NCBI GenBank assembly: GCA_965207065.1
Contig: OZ242260.1
Location: 2,976,001 to 3,040,000 of the forward strand
Source: a bacterium
Lineage (GTDB): Bacteria; UBA8248
Length of the DNA: 64,000 nucleotides
Direction: 5' to 3'
Made by a program: the position numbers and the translations under genes. Shown here piece by piece: positions 1 through 9,463 of the stretch. Position 1 is the first letter of the stretch. Every line of letters begins with the position of its first letter. Below the pieces are notes generated by a model. It made no database searches. It was not told where the DNA came from and was given only the letters and a program-made list of their open reading frames with translations.

Positions 1-39
1 CATGGTGAACGGGAGTTCGAATAGATTTTGTTCACCATG
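1..39. other. Intergenic hairpin (CATGGTGAAC/GTTCACCATG, 10-bp perfect stem) upstream of the first ABC permease
   Basis: Positions 1-10 are the reverse complement of 30-39. Similar hairpins follow the binding-protein genes at 16766 and 22090. Confidence 0.5.
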
Positions 40-175
40 TCGCCGGGCCGGGACTGGCGTCTTTCCAATGGAAGTGCGAGAAAACATGACTAGGCTGGTC
101 CGATCACGTATCCGGTATTAGTCTCGCGCGACGCTGATTGTCCCTGGTCGCTGAGGGTACAAATGAGATCTGACC

Positions 176-1072
176 ATGAGTGATTTTTTGCTCGAATTCG
201 TAGAGATCACCCAGACCATCGGCGACGGCCTGTTCTTCGGCACGACCTATGCGCTGATCGGTATCGGCTTTTCTTTGATTTTCGGCGCCATGCGGAAACT
301 CAACATGACCTACGCCGCGGCGGCTCTGGCCGGGGCGTACGTCGGCCTGGCCGCGTTCACTTTCGTCAGCGCCCCGGCCCCGGTGGTGATCCTGATCTCT
401 GCGCTCGCATCGGGGCTGATGGGCGGCGCCGTGTATATTACCTGCTTCAGGTTCATACCAATCCACAACCACCTGGCCGCCTTGATGGCTTCTATCGGGG
501 CGCTGTTCTTCATCGACGAGATCGTCGTGCATACGACCGATGGTTCGCCGCTTACTTTTCCGGCTTTGCTCGACGACGTGATGCTCGAACTGGGCCCTTA
601 CGGGATACGCGGCGATTTGCTGTTCGTGTTGGCGGTGAACATCGTCAGCACAATCGGACTGCTTTACGTGCTATACCGAACCCGGCTGGGCCTGGCGACG
701 CGTGCGGTGTCTCAACAGGACGTGGCGGCTCAGCTCTGCGGCATCGACGTCCACCGGACAAATGCCATTACTTTCGTGCTTGCGGGCTTGCTCGGCGGTA
801 TTGCCGGTTCGATGACGGCGTCCGCGGTCGGCGTGCTGTCGCCGCTGATCACCGTGCCGCTCACGGTCAAGGGCCTCATCATCGCGGTGATCGGAGGACT
901 CGGCTCGATTCCCGGAGCCATTGCGGCCGGGCTGCTGGTCGGCGGGATGGAAAATGCGTTCCTGTATTTCCGGGGCGTCAACGAACGCGATATGTACGTG
1001 CTTCTGTTGTTGTTCATCTTCCTGGTATTCCGGCCCGACGGTCTCTTCGGATCGACGGTAGACCGGGACTAG
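176..1072 (+). CDS. livH: Branched-chain amino acid-type ABC transporter permease (LivH-like), module 1
   Basis: Hydrophobic 298 aa; YALIGIGFSLIFG, TRLGLATRAVSQ, GGLGSIPGA and FRPDGLFG motifs. Confidence 0.9.
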   Translation: MSDFLLEFVEITQTIGDGLFFGTTYALIGIGFSLIFGAMRKLNMTYAAAALAGAYVGLAAFTFVSAPAPVVILISALASGLMGGAVYITCFRFIPIHNHLAALMASIGALFFIDEIVVHTTDGSPLTFPALLDDVMLELGPYGIRGDLLFVLAVNIVSTIGLLYVLYRTRLGLATRAVSQQDVAAQLCGIDVHRTNAITFVLAGLLGGIAGSMTASAVGVLSPLITVPLTVKGLIIAVIGGLGSIPGAIAAGLLVGGMENAFLYFRGVNERDMYVLLLLFIFLVFRPDGLFGSTVDRD

Positions 1073-1078
1073 CCGCCG

Positions 1079-1993
1079 ATGTCGTACTATCTCGGTCTCG
1101 CCCAACTCATCGGGATTCATACACTTCTCGGCCTGTCCGCGTATGTCCTGATGCTGACCGGACAGCTCTCATTGGGCCAGGCCGGTTTCTTTGCGATCGG
1201 AGCCTACTCCGCAGGCATTCTCACCGTCATCTTCGAGTTGCCCATTCTTCCCGCACTGCTCGCGGCCGCGCTCATCGCCGCCTTCTTCGCGTTCATCGTC
1301 GGCTTTCCCGCCCTGAGGGTAAAGGGTCTGATGCTGGTGGTCGCGACCATCGCGTTCGGCGAGTTCGTTCGTCTGTTCTTCTTCAACCTGAGCTGGCGCG
1401 TGCCGCGCGGCGACATCGAAGTCGGGCCGGACAGCACCAACGGCTTCCGCGAGATCCGGTACTTCGTGGCGAACGGTTGGTCGCCGTGGGAGATCACGAC
1501 CTTCGTCTGGACGTTCGTTATCCTGGTCATGATTGCGCTATGGTGGATGGACCGTTCGCGCGCCGGCGCGGTGTTGCGGGCGGTCGGCGAAGATGAACTC
1601 GCGACCCAAAGCGTCGGCGTCAACCTCACCGCGGTAAAGGTGACGGCCATGACCGCAGGCGGCTTCATCGCCGGAATTGGTGGAGCCCTCTACGCACACA
1701 CGGCGACCTACGTCGATCACCTCACTTTTACAGTGCTGCTTGCGACCTTCGCGGTCTCCTATCCTATCCTCGGTGGCCTCTCGAGCGTGTTCGGCACCCT
1801 GGTGGCGGTCATATTCATTCAGGGCGTACTCGTGGAAGGACTCAGATTTCTGGGGGATTGGCGCAACATCGTGTTCGGGTTGCTGATAATCTTAGCGATG
1901 AACCTGAAACCCGATGGTCTGTTCGACGCCCGCACGACCCGTATCCTGAGGCGCGCTATCGGTCTCGGCGGGCGGGAGAAGTCCGATGCTTGA
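1079..1993 (+). CDS. livM: Branched-chain amino acid-type ABC transporter permease (LivM-like), module 1
   Basis: TGQLSLGQAGFFAIGAY, LRAVGEDE, ILGGLSSVFG and KPDGL motifs. Confidence 0.9.
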   Translation: MSYYLGLAQLIGIHTLLGLSAYVLMLTGQLSLGQAGFFAIGAYSAGILTVIFELPILPALLAAALIAAFFAFIVGFPALRVKGLMLVVATIAFGEFVRLFFFNLSWRVPRGDIEVGPDSTNGFREIRYFVANGWSPWEITTFVWTFVILVMIALWWMDRSRAGAVLRAVGEDELATQSVGVNLTAVKVTAMTAGGFIAGIGGALYAHTATYVDHLTFTVLLATFAVSYPILGGLSSVFGTLVAVIFIQGVLVEGLRFLGDWRNIVFGLLIILAMNLKPDGLFDARTTRILRRAIGLGGREKSDA

Positions 1994-2762
1994 GCTACGC
2001 GGACTCTCCAAGCACTTCGGTGGTGTCAAAGCCGTCGAAGAGCTGGACATCACCGTGAACGAGGGCGAAATCTTCGGGCTGATCGGCCCCAACGGCTCGG
2101 GCAAAAGCACGACCATCAACCTGATCTGCGGCGTGTATCAGGAAACGGCCGGTACGGTACGGTTCCACGAGGAACTGATGAACGGCAAGCCGCCGCACCA
2201 ACGCCTGCGAGCGGGAATCGCCCGAACGTTCCAGAATATCCGCCTGTTTCCGAACCTCACCGTATGGCAAAACTTGTGGGTGGCGCAGAACTCGCCCCAG
2301 GATATCGCCACGCAAGGCTTTCTGTCACGCTGGTTCGGCGCTACCCGCCGAACCAGGAAGGAGATCGCCACCCTGCTCGAACTCGCCGATTTGGAGCACA
2401 AAAGCGATGAACTCGCATCCAACCTCGCATTCGGGGAGCAACGGCGGCTGGAGTTCGCTCGCGCCGCCGCCGCCCGTCCAAAGTTGTTGCTGCTGGACGA
2501 GCCCGCCGCCGGCATGAACCGCCAGGAGATCCAGGATCTGAGCCGGCGCATTCGTCGCATGCGCGATTCCGGCGTAACGATCCTGCTCGTCGAGCACGTG
2601 ATGGAACTCGTCATGGGCGTGGCGGAGCAAATCGCCGTTCTCAATTTCGGGCAGAAAATCGCATCCGGGACTCCGGGCGACGTTCAGCGCAACAAGGCCG
2701 TACAGGAAGCTTACCTGGGGACGTCCGACTCGGATGCCCCCTCTCTCGATACGGGCGCTTGA
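1986..2762 (+). CDS. livG: ABC ATP-binding protein (LivG-like), module 1
   Basis: Walker A GPNGSGKST, ARTFQNIRLF, LLLLDEPAAG, C-terminal EAYLG. Confidence 0.92.
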   Translation: MLELRGLSKHFGGVKAVEELDITVNEGEIFGLIGPNGSGKSTTINLICGVYQETAGTVRFHEELMNGKPPHQRLRAGIARTFQNIRLFPNLTVWQNLWVAQNSPQDIATQGFLSRWFGATRRTRKEIATLLELADLEHKSDELASNLAFGEQRRLEFARAAAARPKLLLLDEPAAGMNRQEIQDLSRRIRRMRDSGVTILLVEHVMELVMGVAEQIAVLNFGQKIASGTPGDVQRNKAVQEAYLGTSDSDAPSLDTGA

Positions 2763-2766
2763 GAAC

Positions 2767-3483
2767 ATGCTGAGCGTTCGGGATCTCGTCACCTCCTACG
2801 GAAAAGTCCAGGCGCTGCGAGGCATCAGCCTGGATGCGGCCGAGGGAGAAATCACGTGCCTGCTCGGCCCCAACGGCGCAGGCAAAACGACGACCATGTT
2901 CACCATTGCAGGCATCCTTTCCCCCGCATCCGGCTCCGTCGTTTTGGGAGGCGATGACATAACGCGACTGCCGGCCAGCAAGGTGGTCTCAAGAGGCCTC
3001 GCTTTGGTGCCCGAGAACCGTCTTGTCTTTCCGTACATGAACGTCGAGGAGAACCTCCATGCCGGCGCCTATGCCCGGCGGGCTTCCGCGGAGGAGGTCG
3101 CGGCAGATGTCGCGTACATGTACCGGCGGTTTCCCCGCCTGGAAGAACGCAAGGGTCAGCTTGCCGGCACCCTGTCGGGAGGCGAGCAGCAGATGCTGGC
3201 CATCGCCAGGGGCCTGATGAATCGCCCCAAGATTCTGCTTATGGACGAGCCATCCATTGGGCTGGCGCCGCTGATCGTCAGGGAGATATTCAACATTATC
3301 CGCGAGTTGAATGCGGAAGGCGTAACGATTTTTCTGGTCGAGCAAAACGCCCACATGGCGCTGACTGTGGCCCACAAGTTCTACCTCATCGAAAACGGAG
3401 AAATCACATTTTCAGGATCGCCCGGTGAACTCGAAGAGGACGAGGTGATTCACCGGGCCTATCTCGGGTCGCAGAAAGAATAA
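2767..3483 (+). CDS. livF: ABC ATP-binding protein (LivF-like), module 1
   Basis: GPNGAGKTT, LVPENR, LSGGEQQMLA, DEPSIGLAP and VEQN motifs; start placed at ATG 2767. Confidence 0.92.
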   Translation: MLSVRDLVTSYGKVQALRGISLDAAEGEITCLLGPNGAGKTTTMFTIAGILSPASGSVVLGGDDITRLPASKVVSRGLALVPENRLVFPYMNVEENLHAGAYARRASAEEVAADVAYMYRRFPRLEERKGQLAGTLSGGEQQMLAIARGLMNRPKILLMDEPSIGLAPLIVREIFNIIRELNAEGVTIFLVEQNAHMALTVAHKFYLIENGEITFSGSPGELEEDEVIHRAYLGSQKE

Positions 3484-3510
3484 AAATACCGGATTCGTGG
3501 GAGCCGCGTC

Positions 3511-4410
3511 ATGATCGATTTTGTCCAGAACACGGTCGACGGCATGATGTTCGGTTCGTCCTACGCGCTTCTGGCGATTGGCTTCACGATCATCTTCGGC
3601 GTAATGCGCCGGATCAACCTCTCCTTCGGCGCCACCATCATGCTCGGCGCCTACATCGGCACGTGGCTGCATGTGCATCATCAGGTCAGTGTGTGGATCG
3701 TCGCCTTGACGACGCTGGCGAGCACCGTCCTCGTCGGCATCTATGTCGAGCGCTTGTGCTTTCACGCCATCCGCCGCAGCGCCGTACTCGCGTCGATGGT
3801 GTCGAGTTTCGTGATCTGGATGCAGTTGGAGGAAGCCGCCATTCATCTGCTGCCCGAGCGCACCTATGCCTTCCCCGCTTTGTTCGCAGCAGTTTCCTTC
3901 GAACTCGGACCCTTTCTGTTCCGCGCGGAACAGACCTCGATGCTGGTGCTGGCGATGATCATGGTAGGCGCTTTACACGTCCTGTTGTATCGCACCCGTT
4001 TCGGCCTGGCGTTGCGAGCGGTTTCGGAAAACCCGCTGGCCGCCGCCTATATGGGCATCAATGCGGCATGGGTCACGCTGTGCACATTCGCTCTGGTGTC
4101 CCTGATGGGGGGGGTGGCAGGCTACGCCATATTATCCACGGATGCGCAGATAACCCCCTTCTTCGGCTTGTGGGCCACTTTCAAAGGTCTCATTGCGATG
4201 ATGCTGGGCGGAATGGGTTCGCTGCCGGGCGCGATTCTGGGCGGCTTGCTGCTGGGCGTCGTCGAAGCCCACGCGCTGTGGTATCTAGGCAACGAATACA
4301 AAGATCTCAGCGCATATCTGCTGCTGTTCGGGATGCTGGTGCTGCGGCCCGGCGGCCTCATGGGTCAACGTATTCTGAGCCGCGAGGCTCTCGCCTTTCG
4401 GCGGGTTTGA
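3511..4410 (+). CDS. livH: Branched-chain amino acid-type ABC transporter permease (LivH-like), module 2
   Basis: YALLAIGFTIIFG, TRFGLALRAVSEN, GGMGSLPGA and LRPGGL motifs. Confidence 0.9.
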   Translation: MIDFVQNTVDGMMFGSSYALLAIGFTIIFGVMRRINLSFGATIMLGAYIGTWLHVHHQVSVWIVALTTLASTVLVGIYVERLCFHAIRRSAVLASMVSSFVIWMQLEEAAIHLLPERTYAFPALFAAVSFELGPFLFRAEQTSMLVLAMIMVGALHVLLYRTRFGLALRAVSENPLAAAYMGINAAWVTLCTFALVSLMGGVAGYAILSTDAQITPFFGLWATFKGLIAMMLGGMGSLPGAILGGLLLGVVEAHALWYLGNEYKDLSAYLLLFGMLVLRPGGLMGQRILSREALAFRRV

Positions 4411-4413
4411 GCG

Positions 4414-5322
4414 ATGGACGATTACGTCGTCACGGTGCTGTCGAACATCGGCATGATCTCGTTCATCGCGCTGTCGGCCTATCTGCTCTTGCTGACCGGC
4501 GAGATCTCCTTCGGCCAGCAGGCCTACTTCGGGCTGAGCGCGTACGCGGCCGGCGCTGCGACCGCCATGTTCCAGATGCCGATCTGGGCGGGCATTCTCG
4601 TCGGCGCGTGCGCGGCCGGACTCGTGGCGATGGTCGTGGGGGCTCTGACGCTGCAGCTCAGCGGTCTCTACTTTTCGATCGCGACCCTGGCTTTTGCGGA
4701 GATGGCGCGCCTGATCCTGCTGATCGTCGAAATTCAGGTCGATGTCGATGGAGAGATGGTGGGTCCGGAGGGCGCAAACGGATTCCACGGCATCCGCTGG
4801 ATGTTCGAGCGCGACATCAGCCTGACCGAGTTCATGCTCCTCATCTACGGTTTGCTGGCGCTGACGTTGATCTGCTTGCTGCTGGTCGAGCGCTCCCGCC
4901 TGGGTTCCATCCTCAGAATGCTCGGTTCGGATGATCTGCTGGCCGAGATGCAGGGCCTGAACACCGTGCGCTATCGTATTCTGGCGGTGGGCATGGCAGG
5001 AGTGATCGCGGGGGTCGGCGGGGCTCTGTACGCCCACTTCACCACCTATGTGGAGCCGCAGTTCTTCAACGTCATGCTGGGCGTGCATGCCCTCGCCTAC
5101 GGCCTGATCGGAGGCCTTGGCACGGCGTTCGGACCGCTCATCGGTGTCGCCATCGATATCGGTTTCCTGGAAGCGATTCGCTTCATCCAGGGCTACCGGA
5201 TGATCGTGTTCGGCGGCCTGGTGGCGATACTGTTGATTTTCATGCCGCGCGGCATTCTCGACGAGGAGCGGGTGCATCGATTGAAGGCCCTGTTCTCGAG
5301 GCGGAATCATGCTCGCGCTTAG
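4414..5322 (+). CDS. livM: Branched-chain amino acid-type ABC transporter permease (LivM-like), module 2
   Basis: TGEISFGQQAYFG, GLYFSIATLAF, IGGLGTAFGP and MPRGI motifs. Confidence 0.9.
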   Translation: MDDYVVTVLSNIGMISFIALSAYLLLLTGEISFGQQAYFGLSAYAAGAATAMFQMPIWAGILVGACAAGLVAMVVGALTLQLSGLYFSIATLAFAEMARLILLIVEIQVDVDGEMVGPEGANGFHGIRWMFERDISLTEFMLLIYGLLALTLICLLLVERSRLGSILRMLGSDDLLAEMQGLNTVRYRILAVGMAGVIAGVGGALYAHFTTYVEPQFFNVMLGVHALAYGLIGGLGTAFGPLIGVAIDIGFLEAIRFIQGYRMIVFGGLVAILLIFMPRGILDEERVHRLKALFSRRNHARA

Positions 5323-6067
5323 GAAGGTCGAAAAACGTTTCGGCGCTCTGGCCGCGCTCGACAACATCGACCTCGAGGTCGCGGCCGGAGAGGTTCTGGG
5401 CGTCATCGGCCCCAATGGATCGGGCAAGACGACGCTTCTGAACGCCGTGACCGGCGTGTACCCGCCGAGCGGCGGGCGCATTTCCTTTCAGGGCGCGGAC
5501 ATCACCGGTTGGAAAGGGCACCGGATTGCGCGCCTGGGAATCGCGCGCACTTTTCAGAACATCCGCTTGTTTCCGACCATGACCGTCTTCGAAAACGTGT
5601 GGGCCTCGCAGCACAGCCGGGTTTCCGGTGGACTCCTCGCCCTGTTGCGAAGCCGCCCTGCGCGCAGTTGCGGCGATACCAGAAGGGTCGAGGAAATGCT
5701 GGAATTGGTTGGACTTCTAGAAGATCGGGAAGTGCTGGCGAAGCACCTCCCCCTGCCGGCGCGTCGTCGCCTGGAGGTCGCCCGTGCGCTGACGACCGAT
5801 CCGCCGCTGGTGTTCCTCGATGAACCGGCGGGCGGCATGACTCCGGCCGAGACCGCAGACATGGCCCGACTCATCCGCGAAGTCGTCGCTCCGAACCGCA
5901 CCTGCGTGGTGATCGAGCATAAGATGGCGCTGATCGCGGGCGTTTGCACCCGTCTCTGCGTGCTCGATTTCGGCCGCAAGATAGCGGAAGGACTCCCGGG
6001 CGAGGTGCTCGCCGACGCGAACGTAAGGCAAGCCTATCTGGGCAGCGACGGTGCGCTCGATGCTTGA
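5309..6067 (+). CDS. livG: ABC ATP-binding protein (LivG-like), module 2
   Basis: GPNGSGKTT, ARTFQNIRLF, LDEPAGG and QAYLG motifs. Confidence 0.9.
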   Translation: MLALRKVEKRFGALAALDNIDLEVAAGEVLGVIGPNGSGKTTLLNAVTGVYPPSGGRISFQGADITGWKGHRIARLGIARTFQNIRLFPTMTVFENVWASQHSRVSGGLLALLRSRPARSCGDTRRVEEMLELVGLLEDREVLAKHLPLPARRRLEVARALTTDPPLVFLDEPAGGMTPAETADMARLIREVVAPNRTCVVIEHKMALIAGVCTRLCVLDFGRKIAEGLPGEVLADANVRQAYLGSDGALDA

Positions 6068-6794
6068 ATTGCGCCGGTTGAGCGTTTCTTACGGCGGCAT
6101 CCTCGCGGTCGATGAAGCGTCGTTGGAAGTCCGGCCCGGAGAGATCGTTTCCATCATCGGCGCAAACGGCGCCGGCAAGACTTCGATCCTCAATGCGATC
6201 TCGGGCATCGTGTCGCCGGAGAAGGGCGAAATTCTCTTCGAGGGTGAGTCGATTGGCGGCCTTCCGGCGCACGCCGTCGTCGCTCGCGGCATCGTACAGG
6301 TTCCCGAGGGGCGGATGATCTTCGGAACCCTGAGCGTGGAGGAGAATCTCCAGGTCGCCGCCCATCAAAGAGGCCGGTTCATATTGCGGCGCCGCAGCCG
6401 CCCGAGCCTGCGGCGCTTGTTCCCCGCCCTTGCGGACAAACTGGATAATCCGGCCGCCGGCCTGAGCGGCGGCGAAGCGCAGATGCTGGCGCTTGCCCGC
6501 GGGCTCGAGTCAAGGCCCCGGATGCTGCTGCTGGACGAACCCTCGCTCGGCTTGTCGCCGAAGTTGGCGGAGGAGGTATTCGGGCTGATCTGCAGGCTGC
6601 GCGAGCAGGGGATCACCATCCTCCTCGTTGAACAGAACGTCAGGCGGACTCTGGCGCTCGCCGACCGGGCCTACGTTCTCGAAAGCGGACGGATTACCCT
6701 CCACGGGTCTACGGTGGAACTGATGTCGGACGAGCGGCTCGTTTCGAATTACCTGGGCATCTCCGCTCCTGAACCATCCAACCCGGACCGATAG
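6060..6794 (+). CDS. livF: ABC ATP-binding protein (LivF-like), module 2
   Basis: GANGAGKTS, QVPEGR, LSGGEAQMLA, DEPSLGL and VEQN motifs; start placed at ATG 6060. Confidence 0.9.
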   Translation: MLELRRLSVSYGGILAVDEASLEVRPGEIVSIIGANGAGKTSILNAISGIVSPEKGEILFEGESIGGLPAHAVVARGIVQVPEGRMIFGTLSVEENLQVAAHQRGRFILRRRSRPSLRRLFPALADKLDNPAAGLSGGEAQMLALARGLESRPRMLLLDEPSLGLSPKLAEEVFGLICRLREQGITILLVEQNVRRTLALADRAYVLESGRITLHGSTVELMSDERLVSNYLGISAPEPSNPDR

Positions 6795-6805
6795 GAGGCG
6801 CAGCG

Positions 6806-7279
6806 ATGTTGAAGACTCGTTTGTTCATTGTTTTCGTTGTCGGTGGACTGGGACTGTGGCCGATGCAGACTGCGGTGGGCGTGCGAATAGCGGCCGAGGT
6901 GGAATGCAAACCGGCGGAGCAGAAATTGGTCTACGACTGCATGATCACCCTCAAGGGCAAGAAGAGCGGCATGCCCGTAGCCGGCGCCGAGTTCACGGTC
7001 GGCGCCGATATGCCGTCCATGCCCGGCGCCCACAACGTGCGTCCGACGCCCGCCGAACCGCATGGAACCCCAGGAACCTATCGGGCGCGCATCCATCTCG
7101 AAATGACGGGAGAGTGGGCGCTCAGGCTTGATTTCACCAAGCCGGCTCGGGACCGTCTGATCAAGAAACTCCATTTCGGTGGAATGAAAGGGCGCGACGG
7201 GAGCAAATCCGGTATGTCCCATCACGGCAAAGGCAAGGAAATGAAGCACGGAGGTCACGGAATGAAACCGAATAAGTGA
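6806..7279 (+). CDS. Exported FixH/YtkA-like protein with His/Met-rich C-terminal tail
   Basis: GGAGG RBS; N-terminal hydrophobic segment; ADMPSM, PGTYRA and LEMTGEW resemble YtkA/FixH folds; tail GMSHHGKGKEMKHGGHGMK. Confidence 0.65.
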   Translation: MLKTRLFIVFVVGGLGLWPMQTAVGVRIAAEVECKPAEQKLVYDCMITLKGKKSGMPVAGAEFTVGADMPSMPGAHNVRPTPAEPHGTPGTYRARIHLEMTGEWALRLDFTKPARDRLIKKLHFGGMKGRDGSKSGMSHHGKGKEMKHGGHGMKPNK

Positions 7280-7544
7280 CCGGAAAAATCGGCGCGAACG
7301 GATCTGGCGGCTCGCCTGCGATTTAGTCAGGCTTCCAGCTTGTTGACCATCAATTCGTGGCGCACTCGACGGTAATATGATGCTGATGCGACGCTTCGGT
7401 GGGTGTGAAGCAGTGAAGTTGTCAGAATTTACAGAGGCTCAAGAACAACCTGAATATCATTCCTGGAGATATTGCCCGCCGCCTGGAAATTTCCTTTTCT
7501 TCCTGACAACCCTGGCTCATCTCGATGATTGCCTCGGGCATCCT

Positions 7545-7813
7545 GCGAGCGGCCGCCGGTTGAGCCGCCCACGGCCAGGGACTACACTGAGGCCGGTCTG
7601 CCCTGGTTCGATTACTACGACGCAGACGCGGAGGCCGTTTCGGGGAGCAATGTTCTAAAGTCCCTGAAGAGTGTAGGGCAGACCGGTAAGGCGAAAGGGG
7701 AGACGCCGCTGCCGGAGAACGAATCGATCGGCGCGTGCCGCGTCGTCAGTCTGCGGGATGTCAGAGGGCGCAAGGTACGGGAGTATCCCACCGGAGAAGT
7801 CGTTGATTCGTGA
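7545..7813 (+). pseudogene. Probable 3' fragment of a conserved hypothetical protein (PPTARDYTEAGLPWFDYY motif)
   Basis: The motif resembles the C-terminus of a longer uncharacterised protein family (from recall). No credible start, RBS or N-terminal part lies upstream. Confidence 0.5.
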
Positions 7814-7902
7814 AGCGAACGAATAGAATTCGATTCATGCCGCAGCCTGTGCGATGAGGTGTTCCGCTCTTCATCGCGCCGGTTCCATCCGTTGAGGGAA
7901 AG

Positions 7903-9108
7903 ATGTCCGAATCGCAAGCCGCAGCACCTTTGAGCGGGTTCCGGGTGCTGGATTTCACCCAGGTCGTCGCGGGCCCTTTCTGCGCCACGATGCTGGCCGA
8001 CATGGGGGCCGAGGTGGTGAAGATTGAGCGCCCAGGCCACGGGGACGATACGCGCCGCATCACCCGCTACAAGGACCGCGAGGAGCACGAAGATTATTTT
8101 TATGCGAACAACCGCTCAAAAAAGAGCATCGCCATCAACATGAAGACCGAAGCGGGCAAGGGCGCGGTGCGCGCTCTGGCGGGCGAGGCCGATGCGATCA
8201 TCGAGAACATGGCGCCCGGAAAGCTGGCCGAACTCGGCTTGGGCTTTGAGGATGCCCGCGCGGCGAATCCCGGAATCGTCTACTGCTCGCTCTCGGGCTT
8301 CGGGCAGAGCGGCCCCTACCGCGACCGGGTGGGGCTCGACCCGATACTGCAGGCCGTCTCGGGCGTCATGAGCGTAACGGGCAACGAGGACCCCACCCAG
8401 ATAGGCGCGCCGCTCGCCGACGTGCTGGCGGGCATGTTCTCCGCCTACGCCATCGTGAGCGCGCTCCACGCGGTCAAGCGCGAGGGGGAGGGCCGCTACA
8501 TCGACGTGAGCATGCAGGACGCCATGGTCGCCGCCCTGGGGCCGCGCATGGGCGAGACGCTCCAGGCGGGCGTTTCCCCCGGGCGGCACGGCAACGAGAA
8601 CCCCATGCGGGTGCCCGCGAACACCTACCGCACGAGCGACGGAGAGTACGTGACCGTCATCGTGCAGCACGACGGCTTCTGGCCGGGCTTTTGCCGCGCG
8701 CTGGAGGTGGAGGACTGGCTGGAGGATGAGCGATTTTCGACGGCGCGGGCGCGCGTGGCGAACCGCGACGCCATCAACGAGCGGGTGTCCAAAATTTTCG
8801 CATCGCGCACAATGGCCGAGTGGGAACAGCGCCTGGAAGCCGAGCGCGTGGGCTTCTCCGCCGTGAACGACTACGAGCGCGCGCTCGCAGACCCCCAGGT
8901 CGAGCACCGGGGCCTCATCAGGCGCGTCGAGCATCCCGTATCGGGAGAGATTCGCGTGGTGGGCGCGCCGTGGATCATGAGCGGGGCGCAAGCCGAAGTG
9001 AAGCCGCCGCCCCTGCTCGGCCAGCATACCGCCGAGGTGCTTGAGCAGTGGCTCGGCTGGCCGGAAGAGGAAATCGCGCGTTTCATGGTAGGGGAGGGGG
9101 TAAGGTAA
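7903..9108 (+). CDS. CoA-transferase family III (CaiB/BaiF)
   Basis: PLSGFRVLDFTQVVAGPFCATMLADMGAEVVKIE, NRSKKSI, SGFGQSGPY, catalytic Asp region APLAD, PPLLGQHT. Confidence 0.93.
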   Translation: MSESQAAAPLSGFRVLDFTQVVAGPFCATMLADMGAEVVKIERPGHGDDTRRITRYKDREEHEDYFYANNRSKKSIAINMKTEAGKGAVRALAGEADAIIENMAPGKLAELGLGFEDARAANPGIVYCSLSGFGQSGPYRDRVGLDPILQAVSGVMSVTGNEDPTQIGAPLADVLAGMFSAYAIVSALHAVKREGEGRYIDVSMQDAMVAALGPRMGETLQAGVSPGRHGNENPMRVPANTYRTSDGEYVTVIVQHDGFWPGFCRALEVEDWLEDERFSTARARVANRDAINERVSKIFASRTMAEWEQRLEAERVGFSAVNDYERALADPQVEHRGLIRRVEHPVSGEIRVVGAPWIMSGAQAEVKPPPLLGQHTAEVLEQWLGWPEEEIARFMVGEGVR

Positions 9109-9134
9109 GGGAGAGATAAAAAAAACCTTGGATT

Positions 9135-9155
9135 TGATAGCATAATATGCTAGCA
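9135..9155. promoter_or_regulatory. Putative antitoxin operator (TGATAGCA-N5-TGCTAGCA)
   Basis: Perfect palindrome TAGCATA-A-TATGCTA at 9138-9152, overlapping CATAAT, in an AT-rich stretch about 50 bp before the antitoxin start. Confidence 0.6.
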
Positions 9156-9205
9156 TTTTCTTGGTATATGTAACAGCTGCATGTAGAAGAGAAGGAGGCT
9201 ATGCG

Positions 9206-9463
9206 ATGAGCGCTACGATTACCGTTCGAAATATGGATGATGGGGACAAGGCCTGGGTCAGGCGTGAGGCGCAGCGTATAGGGGTCTCGATGGAGGAGTT
9301 CGTTCGCCGTCTCATCCACGAAAAGCGGGAAAAGGATGAAAGCCGCGCCAAGCCCTCCGAGATATTCAAGCGATATTTTGGCCCTGAATATGGCGTTGAA
9401 CTGCCGCCGCGTGCCCGCTACGGCTATCGCCCGCTCGACCTGAGCGATGGAGAGGAGGCGTGA
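9206..9463 (+). CDS. FitA-like ribbon-helix-helix antitoxin
   Basis: GGAGG RBS; MSATITVRNMDD...GVSMEEFVRRLI...GVELPPR; overlaps the PIN gene by 4 nt. Confidence 0.85.
   Translation: MSATITVRNMDDGDKAWVRREAQRIGVSMEEFVRRLIHEKREKDESRAKPSEIFKRYFGPEYGVELPPRARYGYRPLDLSDGEEA

Noticed and set aside
3663-5481. Long alternative-frame ORFs (3663-4934 +, 4285-5481 -) and similar shadows such as 8116-9156, 12160-13221, 18094-19161, 19158-20333, 22067-23188, 36812-37816, 57544-58602 and 62801-63802
   Set aside because: They overlap well-supported genes, are Arg/Gly/Pro-rich without motifs, and are expected from high-GC codon bias.
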